The translations under genes and the position numbers were made by a program. From the IMG/VR virus record IMGVR_UViG_3300022074_000050, positions 1-55,048 of that record: a stretch of 55,048 nt of DNA; one strand, 5' to 3'. Below, one piece after another: positions 1 to 8,510 of this stretch (position 1 is the stretch's first letter; every line of letters begins with the position of its first letter). Under the pieces are notes generated by a model. The model was not told the origin of the DNA, did no database searches, and saw only the letters and a list, made by a program, of their open reading frames with translations. This DNA is from a virus (taxonomy: Duplodnaviria > Caudoviricetes).

Positions 1-30
1 AATCGGGGCGCGGGTAGCGCCGTTATTAAT

Positions 31-59
31 AACGTAGCGGCGACTACCCCGAAAGTAAA
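31..59 (-). promoter_or_regulatory. Early promoter copy 1 (TTTACT-N17-TACGTT), pointing out of the left window end
   Basis: One of six intergenic copies with the same -35-like hexamer, a 17-18 bp spacer and TAnnnT. Confidence 0.7.
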
Positions 60-62
60 GCA

Positions 63-755
63 CTAACCTGCGAAAGCTAGGACGCTTAACGATACCGCTA
101 CGAGTATAGCGATCCCTGCTATCGAAATCCCAATAACGGCTGGCCAAATCGGTACTTCTAACTTTGACGGGGTTACTGTAATCTCCGATGGTTTTTGCCG
201 GTCGATAATTTTGTCGATATTTTTCAACATCTCTTGTATATCGCTCGGCGGCTCTAGTTTCTCAGCAGCTTTCTCAGCGGCTTCTTTTACAGCCTCTTGC
301 GAATGCTCAGGCGTATCTCGTTTTATCGACCACTCTCGTGGTGGGGGAAGCTCTGAACTCGGATCTTCGAGGATACGCTCAAGTTTTTCGATACGTTTTT
401 TACTCGCGCCCTGTTCACCATTCTCTATCTTCGAAAGACTGTACATCGTTCTTGACAGTAGTGACGGTTCAGCTTTACTTCTAAAAACGTCATACGCTGC
501 AAAAGTATAAACAGGGTTCTTAGTTCCTCGACTGCTCTGTCGAACAAGGTATCCTTGGGATATCGCTGAACCTGTCAATATTCTTTGAAACTGATTTACC
601 GTTGACGGCGGCTTTTCTTGAGCTATCTCAGTCCAAATCCTCCGACATTCTTTGTACAACTCTAAGCGAGTCGCGGAACCGTTCAAGTTCTCCATCGCGG
701 TATATATTACCATGGAGCGGGAATGCAGCCTTCTTGGTATCGGTGCAATCTTCAT
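63..755 (-). CDS. Hypothetical protein with C-terminal transmembrane anchor
   Basis: 230 aa ORF, AGGAG upstream; hydrophobic C-terminus IWPAVIGISIAGIAILVAVSLSVLAF. Confidence 0.8.
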   Translation of the reverse strand: MKIAPIPRRLHSRSMVIYTAMENLNGSATRLELYKECRRIWTEIAQEKPPSTVNQFQRILTGSAISQGYLVRQSSRGTKNPVYTFAAYDVFRSKAEPSLLSRTMYSLSKIENGEQGASKKRIEKLERILEDPSSELPPPREWSIKRDTPEHSQEAVKEAAEKAAEKLEPPSDIQEMLKNIDKIIDRQKPSEITVTPSKLEVPIWPAVIGISIAGIAILVAVSLSVLAFAG

Positions 756-779
756 TCTACTTTCTCCTATGTAGATATT

Positions 780-795
780 GGGGGCCGTAGCCCCC
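780..795 (-). other. GC hairpin with C(UACG)G tetraloop between two early genes
   Basis: Minus strand GGGGGC-TACG-GCCCCC; no U-tract follows, so more likely a stabilising/processing hairpin than a terminator. Confidence 0.6.
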
Positions 796-802
796 GATGA
801 AA

Positions 803-1189
803 TTAAAGCTGTACGATAAACCCTTCATCGATCAGGGCTTTTTTGTAGCAAGCGATAATTCGCTTTTTCTGCTTTTCTGGGTTTTTAGTATTCGGCATAC
901 TGATATGCCCTTCCTGAACTCCTAGATCAGCAACTTGCTGCATCGTAAAATCGTCACGATTAAACTCTGCAGATTCAATATCTTGCATTGAAATAATCAA
1001 GGCTTGGAACTGCGGGGTTTTGACAGTAGTCTCCCCGAGTTGCTTGCCGGTGTACTTAAAGTGCTGTGCAGCACGACCACGACTCGCGGCTGGTGCTTTC
1101 GTTACTTTAATCGCAGATACCTTGGCTACTTTCTTAGCGGCAGGTTTCTTTGGCGCAGCTGGGGCTGCTTCTTTTTTGGCTGTTGCCAT
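803..1189 (-). CDS. Hypothetical protein with Lys/Ala/Pro-rich N-terminus, possibly DNA-binding
   Basis: 128 aa; strong AGAAAGGAG RBS; own promoter upstream. Confidence 0.85.
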   Translation of the reverse strand: MATAKKEAAPAAPKKPAAKKVAKVSAIKVTKAPAASRGRAAQHFKYTGKQLGETTVKTPQFQALIISMQDIESAEFNRDDFTMQQVADLGVQEGHISMPNTKNPEKQKKRIIACYKKALIDEGFIVQL

Positions 1190-1250
1190 GTCATTCTCCT
1201 TTCTATGATGACGTTATACTTTCTAACTGGTTTTTACCAGCATGTTTACT

Positions 1251-1279
1251 ACTTTACTACCGACGCTACCGAAAGTAAA
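1251..1279 (-). promoter_or_regulatory. Early promoter copy 2 (TTTACT-N17-TAAAGT)
   Basis: Repeat of the shared motif, intergenic, upstream of 803..1189. Confidence 0.75.
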
Positions 1280-1292
1280 GCAGTATTTAGAT

Positions 1293-1484
1293 TTACCGAT
1301 CTTGGTTGACATACGCTGATGTCGGCTCACCTGTATCGAACATCTCAGGTTCTTCAACTGGTGAGTAGTATCTAATCAGCCTTTGGCAGCGATCTGCCAT
1401 ACGCAAGCATTCGCTGCGCATAATCGTTAATTCAGCTTGTAGCTGTATTAAATCTTCGGGCAAATTAAGATTCGGAACTTTCAT
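1293..1484 (-). CDS. Hypothetical protein
   Basis: Start moved to ATG at 1484 (MKVPNL), which has GGAGG upstream and overlaps the end of the preceding gene. Confidence 0.65.
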   Translation of the reverse strand: MKVPNLNLPEDLIQLQAELTIMRSECLRMADRCQRLIRYYSPVEEPEMFDTGEPTSAYVNQDR

Positions 1485-1791
1485 TTTTATCCTCCATTCG
1501 CCATACTCGGACACCGCTAACTTCTTTGTTGCCAGATTTCTCTAGGCGTACTCGAGAGATAAACTGCCACTTCGGCTGCTTACCCGCGATAAAAGTTCTA
1601 AGTGATTGGTCGATACGATTCTTCAATCGTTTCGATGTGTCGATGCCATCGTCGTCAGGTAAAAACATCATCGATGCTTGTTTACCGTCTTTGGCTGGTG
1701 GAAATTTATCCCACGGATATTTCGTAGTGCTACGCAAATCCGTAGGTAGGGGTACGTCGACATCGAAGTCCCCCCACTGTGCATCAGACAT
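1465..1791 (-). CDS. Hypothetical phage protein (KYPW...GVRVWR pattern)
   Basis: About 108 aa, coupled to neighbours, AGGAG upstream. Confidence 0.75.
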   Translation of the reverse strand: MSDAQWGDFDVDVPLPTDLRSTTKYPWDKFPPAKDGKQASMMFLPDDDGIDTSKRLKNRIDQSLRTFIAGKQPKWQFISRVRLEKSGNKEVSGVRVWRMEDKNESSES

Positions 1792-2056
1792 CAAAGTCTC
1801 CTTCTTCTACTAGGTTTTCCCAATCCGACTGGTAGCCGGAATTAGCTATTTCAGAAGAGAGGGCGCAGTCTTGCTGCACCATCTTCTGGGTAAGGCTCAA
1901 GCACACGAATCTCGCGTGCTCTTGCAACTCGTGGAACTCGCTAAGTGGGCGATCTAATACTTTACCGTCGGCGAGTGCGTATAAGGTATACCACAGCTCG
2001 CTAACGGTTTCCTGATCTACAATTACAGCGTTGTTCAACTTTACTACTTCGCCCAT
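1784..2056 (-). CDS. Hypothetical protein
   Basis: 90 aa, abuts the stop of the DUF932 gene. Confidence 0.7.
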   Translation of the reverse strand: MGEVVKLNNAVIVDQETVSELWYTLYALADGKVLDRPLSEFHELQEHARFVCLSLTQKMVQQDCALSSEIANSGYQSDWENLVEEGDFDV

Positions 2057-3073
2057 TTACGCCGCCTTCGCATATTCAAGTGCAAGATTAAACGCTTTGG
2101 TCTTAGCCGCTGACGCGTTACCGAACATCGCGTTGTATACACGGTTTTCGCCGGTACGCTGATGGTCTTCAACAAACGTCACAGCGTTTACCGCGCCCCA
2201 CCATGTACCCTTAGCTGATTTAGCGTCGGCTCCTGGAGAAGTGACTAACGCTTCAAACACCGTCTTAGCGGTATTGTTTAGCGCATCGCGTAACGGGCCG
2301 TCTTCGGGCTTGTGGTCTTCCAACAGCTTCGGTTGGTACAAGCTAGAGATAAACTCTAGAACCTGACCGTCTTTAGCTTTCGTCTTGGATAAGAACTCAG
2401 CCGCTTCCTTAAACTCTGCACGCCGCTCGTATACAGCGCCCATAGTTTTAAGAGCTTCCTCTTCTCGGATATCGTCAAACGCGGTACGGTGCGACATACG
2501 AAACTCAGCGGTTGCTGTTTGCTTTAACGCTAGTTGCAACGTATTGCTACATACGACTCGCACTTCGGTGTCGCGTATAGACATCGCATATCCTGGCTGG
2601 TGTGGCTGACGAAATAGTACGAAGCCGTTGATCTCGTCGCCTCCAGGAAGTTCGAAGCTATCGTTTAACTTAGCAAGTCCGAAGATATCCTTACCGCCTC
2701 GTAAGCTACCCGCCGTCTCCATAGAGATATGGGCGTGTTTAGCAAACTTCTGGAAGAAGTCGAAGATACGTTCGTTTTGGATAGGTTGGTAATCTTGTGA
2801 ACAAGTACCGAGGATCGTATTGTCGCTATCGCGCATAATACTAAAGCGGTCAGGGTGCTCCATAACCTCGTCAAGAATGATATTACCGTCAGCGTCTTTT
2901 TCGTATTCGCTAACGGGCCGCGCCAGCGTATATAAAGGACGCTTGTCTACCGACCAGTCTAGACCGGCGGCGACCATCATCTCATGTGGTGTTAACGTAC
3001 CGTCAACTTCCACGCCTTCGCCGTGCCAAGGCACTTGGCCTGTCCACGCCATACTTTCTACTGCTGCTACCAT
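2057..3073 (-). CDS. DUF932 / phage-plasmid-like protein (TIGR03299-like)
   Basis: N-terminal VESMAW..VPWHG.G, AGLDW, ETAGSL.GG, VRVVCSNTL and GTWWGAVNAVT motifs typical of the family. Confidence 0.88.
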   Translation of the reverse strand: MVAAVESMAWTGQVPWHGEGVEVDGTLTPHEMMVAAGLDWSVDKRPLYTLARPVSEYEKDADGNIILDEVMEHPDRFSIMRDSDNTILGTCSQDYQPIQNERIFDFFQKFAKHAHISMETAGSLRGGKDIFGLAKLNDSFELPGGDEINGFVLFRQPHQPGYAMSIRDTEVRVVCSNTLQLALKQTATAEFRMSHRTAFDDIREEEALKTMGAVYERRAEFKEAAEFLSKTKAKDGQVLEFISSLYQPKLLEDHKPEDGPLRDALNNTAKTVFEALVTSPGADAKSAKGTWWGAVNAVTFVEDHQRTGENRVYNAMFGNASAAKTKAFNLALEYAKAA

Positions 3074-3139
3074 GGGTAGTCTCCTTTGTAAGTTCTACTT
3101 TCTAAATGTTCGTAACGCTGTCACGGCGCTACTTTTAAT

Positions 3140-3168
3140 ACTTTAGCCGCGAGGGTTACGAAAGTAAA
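3140..3168 (-). promoter_or_regulatory. Early promoter copy 3 (TTTACT-N17-TAAAGT)
   Basis: Shared motif upstream of the DUF932 gene. Confidence 0.75.
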
Positions 3169-3171
3169 GCA

Positions 3172-3561
3172 CTAAGCCGACGCTTTAAAGATAAAAGTAA
3201 ACAGGGTTTTCCAATCGTACGGAGCCTCCAGAGTAACGGCAGACTCGCTTTTCCAACTAAGCTCTTGTATCTCTTTTAGCTCAGTCGGCTGGAATAATTT
3301 AATCTCTCTATTCTTTCTAATCAGTACGAAACAGTTGCCGCCTGCTTTAGATCGATTGTAAAGCCAAGCGATCTGGAAGGGACTCAACTCCGACTTATTG
3401 CCTTTGATCGATTTAAGCTCGATCCAGATCTCTTTGCCGTTTTGACAGTAGTTTACGTCCGGCACTCCCTTCCCTGTCCCTCCAGTCTCGATCCGCTGAA
3501 CGTGGGCTTCGTTAGGGATATGCGGTTTCATTAGAGACCAGAACTGTGATTCTTTAGCCAT
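3172..3561 (-). CDS. VRR-NUC / PD-(D/E)XK nuclease (Holliday junction resolvase-like)
   Basis: GVPDV...WIELK motif, LSPFQIAW, GGNCFV. Confidence 0.85.
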   Translation of the reverse strand: MAKESQFWSLMKPHIPNEAHVQRIETGGTGKGVPDVNYCQNGKEIWIELKSIKGNKSELSPFQIAWLYNRSKAGGNCFVLIRKNREIKLFQPTELKEIQELSWKSESAVTLEAPYDWKTLFTFIFKASA

Positions 3562-3663
3562 ACGTTACCAGCATCTGTAATACGAAACTAAGAATGTATA
3601 TCCCGATGATAATCGAGATACCTACGAGTATCCCCGTGATTACATCATCGCGTTCGGGCTTCA

Positions 3664-4008
3664 TTAATGCTTAATCATCCCTTCTTCAGAGATCTTTTCA
3701 AGAATACTCTCTCGATCCCCGAAGATTTCTAACAGCTCGAAAGCGTTAGCTCTAATTTCTTCCATCATCTCATCCGCTTCTTCGATCGTATAGTTTAAAA
3801 GATGGATCAAGTTTACCGATCCGACGAATACCATAGCTTTGTATACATCCATCATATCGACATTGCCGTCCCCACGCATCTCTTCTAACCATTCGTTAAT
3901 CGTGTCGAAAATGATCTTTACTTGTTCTTCATCGCATTGGATCTCAAACTCACCGCTCCCAAACATTTTAACTTCCTTTATTCCGGTGCTCATGGTAGTA
4001 GTCTCCAT
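3664..4008 (-). CDS. Hypothetical acidic protein
   Basis: 114 aa ORF in the operon; exact start uncertain. Confidence 0.65.
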   Translation of the reverse strand: METTTMSTGIKEVKMFGSGEFEIQCDEEQVKIIFDTINEWLEEMRGDGNVDMMDVYKAMVFVGSVNLIHLLNYTIEEADEMMEEIRANAFELLEIFGDRESILEKISEEGMIKH

Positions 4009-4180
4009 TGCCTTTTTGAACTTTCGTTACGATCTGCCAGATTCGCTGCTTACTTACGTTGTATATCTGTCCTATCTCTTTAAGAGTCATCGTACCGCTA
4101 TCATACAGTTGAAAAATCTGTTTATATGTTTCTTCGTTTTTCGCGATATCTTCTTGCGAAAGACTTTGTATTCGCATCAT
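3968..4180 (-). CDS. Small helix-turn-helix protein (sigma70 region 4-like)
   Basis: MTLKEIGQIYNVSKQRIWQIV; ATGA overlap with the polymerase stop. Confidence 0.8.
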   Translation of the reverse strand: MMRIQSLSQEDIAKNEETYKQIFQLYDSGTMTLKEIGQIYNVSKQRIWQIVTKVQKGNGDYYHEHRNKGS

Positions 4181-6039
4181 TTAGCTTCACCCCAATTTAT
4201 TCCGGTTTCGTAATCCACTACCAGTGGAACTTTTAAATCGACGCAGTTGACCATTCGATCGATCACCATGTCTGATTGTTCTTTATTAAAAATCGAATAG
4301 TCGAGTTCGTCATGTATACCGATATGTGGAACTAATCCTTCTTTCCACAAATCACGCATAGCGAGTTTCGTCATATCCGCAGCCGATCCTTGAATCAGCT
4401 TGTTTAGTGCCTTGTATGTAAACGACCGCTTGAGGTTACTGCCGTACTTATCTACCGCTTCTTCTCTTGGCAGTGGAGCATGTTTTTCACCGTGTAAGTA
4501 CCCTACCGGCTCCCATAGATCGAAATGGCATTTACGACCACCGAGCGTTGTTATATAGCCGCGCTGCTCTGCCATCCGAGTACACATGTTTTGTATGCCT
4601 CGAATAAAAGGAACACGACTATGGTACAGGTCGAGTAGTTTCCCAGCTTCGTCTGACTCTAGTCCTAGTTCTTTAATGAGCTTTTCGCGGCCCATCCCAT
4701 ACGTTAGACCAAGGTTGATATTCTTAGCTTGTTTGCGGGGGATACCGGCCATATCCGCTACGATCTGGTGAAAGTCAGCTCCTTCGTTAGAATATGCATT
4801 TACCGCGTCAGCGGCTCCCTCGAGTCCGAGTAGCGACGAATAATGTACGGTGATTCGAGGCTCTTGTTGAGAGTAATCGAATACTCCCCACGTTGCTCCT
4901 TCTTCGGGGATAAACAAAGACCGAATCAGCTTACCGATCTCTGGGTCTCTCGCGGGAACTTGCTGAAGGTTTGGGTTCGAGTAACTAAACCTTCCTGTTA
5001 CTGTACCGCCGCCGTCATTCTTTAGCGGGTGAGCTTCAGCGTGTATCCGACCGTGGTGCGAATATTCTAAGATCGCTCCTTCGATAAACGTAGTCCGAGC
5101 TTTATTAATACGTCGAGCTTCGACGATCATCTTCGGAAGGTCATGTTCGTGAGCTTCTAACCACGGGCCTTGGAAACTTGGCGCACCTTTCTCAGTGTGT
5201 GGATACCATAAGTCATTGGCGTCGAACGCTTTTTGTATTGACGCGCTCGCCCAAATATCTACGTTGATACCGAACCGTCTCTTAATCTCTACGAGTAGTT
5301 GCTGTTCTTTCTTAGACATTTGCTCCGAGGCTTGCTCTGCTCGGGCCGTGTCGATCCGAACGCCGCGCCATCGCATCTCGATCAGTAGCGGTATAAGGTC
5401 GCACTCTAGGTCGAATATCTTCTGCAGCCCCTCGGCCTCTATACGCTTCCCTAGCGTCTTCCACAGGCGTAGCGTTAGGACTGCGTCCTGTTCCGCATAC
5501 GGCCCCACATACTTCGCTGGGAGCGACCACATGCCGCTCTTTGCATTTACGCCCCACGCTTTCGCTGCCATCTCGAGTAGCGTTTCGTCTTTTTCCTCAG
5601 CTAGTAAATCCTTACCTAAGTTGTTTAGCGAGTATGACCGGCGGTTTTCATCTAACAGTGGCGCTGCAAACATCGTATCGCGTAGCCTGCAAGTTAGCTC
5701 CAGACCTTCACGTTTTAGCCAGCCCACATCATAAAGTGCATTATGGAAAACCATCGTACCTTTATGATTTTCAAAGGTTCTTTTGAGCCAGCGTAGGACA
5801 ACTTCTTCTTCTAAGTTGCCGCCGTTTTCGTGCCGTATCGGTAAATAGCCTGACCATGAATCTGATGCGATAGCGATCCCAACAACATAGCCGTCACCCG
5901 TTGCCCATCCTGGACCACGGTTTATCAAGTTGGGGTCGTAAGTTTCTAAATCGACCGCGAGCGTTTCGTGTGGGTCGAACTTAGGTAGAACTTGCGGAGC
6001 TATCCATTCGCTTTCAGGCTGGATCAGTGGTATCTGCAT
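4177..6039 (-). CDS. polA: Family A DNA polymerase with 3'-5' exonuclease domain
   Basis: Exo DLET, FHNALYD, YAEQDA; TGRFS..PNLQQ; motif A DYSQQEPR; motif B RKQAKNINLGLTYG; motif C HDEL. Confidence 0.97.
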   Translation of the reverse strand: MQIPLIQPESEWIAPQVLPKFDPHETLAVDLETYDPNLINRGPGWATGDGYVVGIAIASDSWSGYLPIRHENGGNLEEEVVLRWLKRTFENHKGTMVFHNALYDVGWLKREGLELTCRLRDTMFAAPLLDENRRSYSLNNLGKDLLAEEKDETLLEMAAKAWGVNAKSGMWSLPAKYVGPYAEQDAVLTLRLWKTLGKRIEAEGLQKIFDLECDLIPLLIEMRWRGVRIDTARAEQASEQMSKKEQQLLVEIKRRFGINVDIWASASIQKAFDANDLWYPHTEKGAPSFQGPWLEAHEHDLPKMIVEARRINKARTTFIEGAILEYSHHGRIHAEAHPLKNDGGGTVTGRFSYSNPNLQQVPARDPEIGKLIRSLFIPEEGATWGVFDYSQQEPRITVHYSSLLGLEGAADAVNAYSNEGADFHQIVADMAGIPRKQAKNINLGLTYGMGREKLIKELGLESDEAGKLLDLYHSRVPFIRGIQNMCTRMAEQRGYITTLGGRKCHFDLWEPVGYLHGEKHAPLPREEAVDKYGSNLKRSFTYKALNKLIQGSAADMTKLAMRDLWKEGLVPHIGIHDELDYSIFNKEQSDMVIDRMVNCVDLKVPLVVDYETGINWGEAK

Positions 6040-6346
6040 CTATGAGTCCTCCTGATTCTAGCGAACGAATATGTTGCTCAACTAAAAATAAATACCGTCT
6101 GAGGTCTCCGATATCGTCGAGTAGTCCATCCTCGCCGTCGAACTTTAGCCCTGCTTCGAACACATCGTAATTACAATGCTCGGCTTGCTGTTCGATCCTG
6201 TCGAACTTACGGGCCAACATCATAAACGCTCCCGTACCGCCCCGACGCTTCCACGAATCGCCGTAAGATTTTTCTGATTCGATCAGGCTAACAATGTCTT
6301 CCTGAGCGATATTCTTCATATCCGTCCACTTGCGATCAAGACCCAT
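6014..6346 (-). CDS. Nucleotide-modification-associated all-helical protein (Nmad1/DUF1599-like, possible NTP pyrophosphatase)
   Basis: EKSYGDSW..G....LARKFDRIE...DDIGDLRRY; start moved to ATG 6346 (GGAG upstream, overlaps TS stop). Confidence 0.6.
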   Translation of the reverse strand: MGLDRKWTDMKNIAQEDIVSLIESEKSYGDSWKRRGGTGAFMMLARKFDRIEQQAEHCNYDVFEAGLKFDGEDGLLDDIGDLRRYLFLVEQHIRSLESGGLIDADTTDPA

Positions 6347-7388
6347 CTTTATTTCTCCAATTTCTTTCTCGTCGTTTAATCCACTGGAAACAGGCTTGCT
6401 GCCAGTCCAACGCTTTAATTTCTCCGAGATATTTGTAGCAATCTTCATATCGCCGCTCCTTATGGCAGATGTAAGCGTGGATCATCGGGATCATTACTTC
6501 TGGGAAGAAAGTGTTTTTATATTTACTTGCTCCGAATATCGTCGGCCAGCTATCAACCAGCTCAGGGTTTCCTGACACTCGTCTCGGCGGGACACTGCTT
6601 AATAGTTCCTCACATTCTTCTAAGAACGTCTCGGGGTGAGAACAGAGCGGGTAATGTTTTTCTGGATATTCTTCGGATATTGGGAGAAAAGGTGTTACTC
6701 GAAGGTCTTTTACCTTATCCCACTCTTTGTTGAGGTAAACGTGAAAGCTGTCGCTGACTTGGTAGTACGGCCCCATATAGCAGCCCAATGCCGCAGCAAC
6801 ATATTCTTGTAACACCGACATATGAACTGCGTTAGCACCGTAAGCTCCCCAGATCATATCATTCGACCTATTACAGACCGTCATCTGTAATGCGCCATCT
6901 CTAACCTTAAAATAGATATTCGTGTTGCATGGGATATCTTTACTTGGACTATCGAGGTCGTGAACTGGATCCCACATCTGTAAAACTACTCGACGCGAGT
7001 CAGGATCTTTCGTTAGCATATCTATTACGTTTCCAAGCTGGTCGTAATCGAACTGCTGCCTCCACCGATAGCCATAAGAACCGTTTAAGGTTTCATTATC
7101 GTCTGAAAAATTAGCCATGCCTGCGTTAAAGTGAGTGAGCTTTTGTAGATCTCTAGAACCACCTAACATCCAGATCGCTTCATATAGATGAAAGAACGGA
7201 TTAGCGTCTCGTTCTTCACTAAACAGCACCCTCTGCCAAGGTTTGCTATAAACCGTAGTAACCGGAGTGTGGCACTCCATCGTATCTCCGTTACGGCTGG
7301 CCTGTGTTCGATAATTTACTGACGACTGGAATAAGTCAATGCCCCGTAGGAGGGCGTCGTTTACATTGACTGCGCTAATCACCTTCAT
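6336..7388 (-). CDS. Thymidylate synthase-superfamily enzyme, probable dUMP hydroxymethylase
   Basis: NPFFHLYEAIWML, YGYRW, SRRVV, catalytic DIPC, RSNDMIWGAYGAN (Asn at the dUMP-specificity site), SFHVY; C-terminal extension. Confidence 0.85.
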   Translation of the reverse strand: MKVISAVNVNDALLRGIDLFQSSVNYRTQASRNGDTMECHTPVTTVYSKPWQRVLFSEERDANPFFHLYEAIWMLGGSRDLQKLTHFNAGMANFSDDNETLNGSYGYRWRQQFDYDQLGNVIDMLTKDPDSRRVVLQMWDPVHDLDSPSKDIPCNTNIYFKVRDGALQMTVCNRSNDMIWGAYGANAVHMSVLQEYVAAALGCYMGPYYQVSDSFHVYLNKEWDKVKDLRVTPFLPISEEYPEKHYPLCSHPETFLEECEELLSSVPPRRVSGNPELVDSWPTIFGASKYKNTFFPEVMIPMIHAYICHKERRYEDCYKYLGEIKALDWQQACFQWIKRRERNWRNKDGS

Positions 7389-7611
7389 AAAGACTCTCCG
7401 TCTGCTGATTAATAATGTATTCGATCTGAATACGGCCTAAATCGACTCCTGAAATATACGCTGCCCAATGAATTGCGTTGATAGCGTCTTCCCAAGTATT
7501 CGGCATCGTTTTATCTTGCATCGCTTTTTGTAGGAACAGTCCATAATGTTCCATAGCAAATTCAACCTGACCACTATCTAGGTCTACGACCAACTGTTTG
7601 AGTTTCCCCAT
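7375..7611 (-). CDS. Hypothetical protein within the modification operon
   Basis: 78 aa, overlaps both neighbours, GGAG upstream. Confidence 0.7.
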   Translation of the reverse strand: MGKLKQLVVDLDSGQVEFAMEHYGLFLQKAMQDKTMPNTWEDAINAIHWAAYISGVDLGRIQIEYIINQQTESLYEGD

Positions 7612-8510
7612 TTACTTTCTCCATTCTCTATATCCTCTATGAGAGGACGGTTTCTTTCTGAGTAGTTATAGACGCTTCGGGTGCGTCCTTGTCCGTGCAA
7701 TATGCGAGAGTATTTATCAAACTCACATAGTCCTCCTTCAATCTCCCGCATCTCGAAAGGTCTGTGGAATTTACTAAGGTCTAGCTGTTCTCTACACCAC
7801 TGGTACAGTGCCTGCATTTCGCCGTTCCAATCCCAGCTACGTTTACAAAACTCTAGTGGCCTGCCTGTCAGCCTGTTCAATCCTCTCATTGCTCCAGGCC
7901 CAGCATTCGCCCAAGAACAAATATCCTCAGCGTTTTCTAGTAGGTAGGTATGGCGTAAGTCAGAAACTAGTTCGTACGATACAAATGGGCCGATATACGG
8001 AAACCGCATCAGGTAGTACCACGCGTCACATAAAGACTTGAAGTGTTTGAAGTCTTTTAAGATGCGCTCCCGCTCTACCCATATGTGGCTAACGCATTCA
8101 GCTACGCCTGTTACCTTATCCATGCGATTAGGAGTTTTGACGATATATGCGCCAGTAATCCACTTCGGCTGTTTCCGCACTTCTTCGATCGCTTTCTCTC
8201 GATCCCACTCGGTTAGTAAGTTATGGTCGAGCAGCGTTCTGCCTGTTTCGATCAAGTTGAAGAATCTAAAAATTACCGTCGCCATTAGCACGTCAGGGTC
8301 GTTGCGTAGTGGCTCGCGAATATGCTCGCGAAACCACCGCGTAGTCCTATCGTCCTCGCGGAAGACTTGGCAAAACTTAAACTCTTGCAATATCGGGTCG
8401 AGAGTCCAAGGCGGCTCTAGTTTCTCTTCCTCTTTTACTCGACGTATCCGTTCACGTTCTTCGATCCAGTAAACGTACCGATCTACCTCTGCGGGTATAA
8501 AATTTGTCAT
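7584..8510 (-). CDS. aGPT-PPlase clade 1-like DNA base-hypermodification protein (HhH glycosylase-like fold)
   Basis: ERERIR..PWTLDPILQEFKFCQVFREDDR, FRFFN, IGPFVSYE..SDL, GPGAMRGL, EIEGGLCEFDKY; start moved to 8510 (ATGA overlap). Confidence 0.82.
   Translation of the reverse strand: MTNFIPAEVDRYVYWIEERERIRRVKEEEKLEPPWTLDPILQEFKFCQVFREDDRTTRWFREHIREPLRNDPDVLMATVIFRFFNLIETGRTLLDHNLLTEWDREKAIEEVRKQPKWITGAYIVKTPNRMDKVTGVAECVSHIWVERERILKDFKHFKSLCDAWYYLMRFPYIGPFVSYELVSDLRHTYLLENAEDICSWANAGPGAMRGLNRLTGRPLEFCKRSWDWNGEMQALYQWCREQLDLSKFHRPFEMREIEGGLCEFDKYSRILHGQGRTRSVYNYSERNRPLIEDIENGESKWGNSNSWS

Noticed and set aside
780-795. Intrinsic terminator
   Set aside because: Strong stem but no U-tract on either strand; kept only as a hairpin
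6336-7388. dCMP hydroxymethylase (T4-type hmC pathway)
   Set aside because: Specificity position appears to be Asn rather than Asp, no glycosyltransferase was seen, and the neighbour is aGPT-PPlase-like
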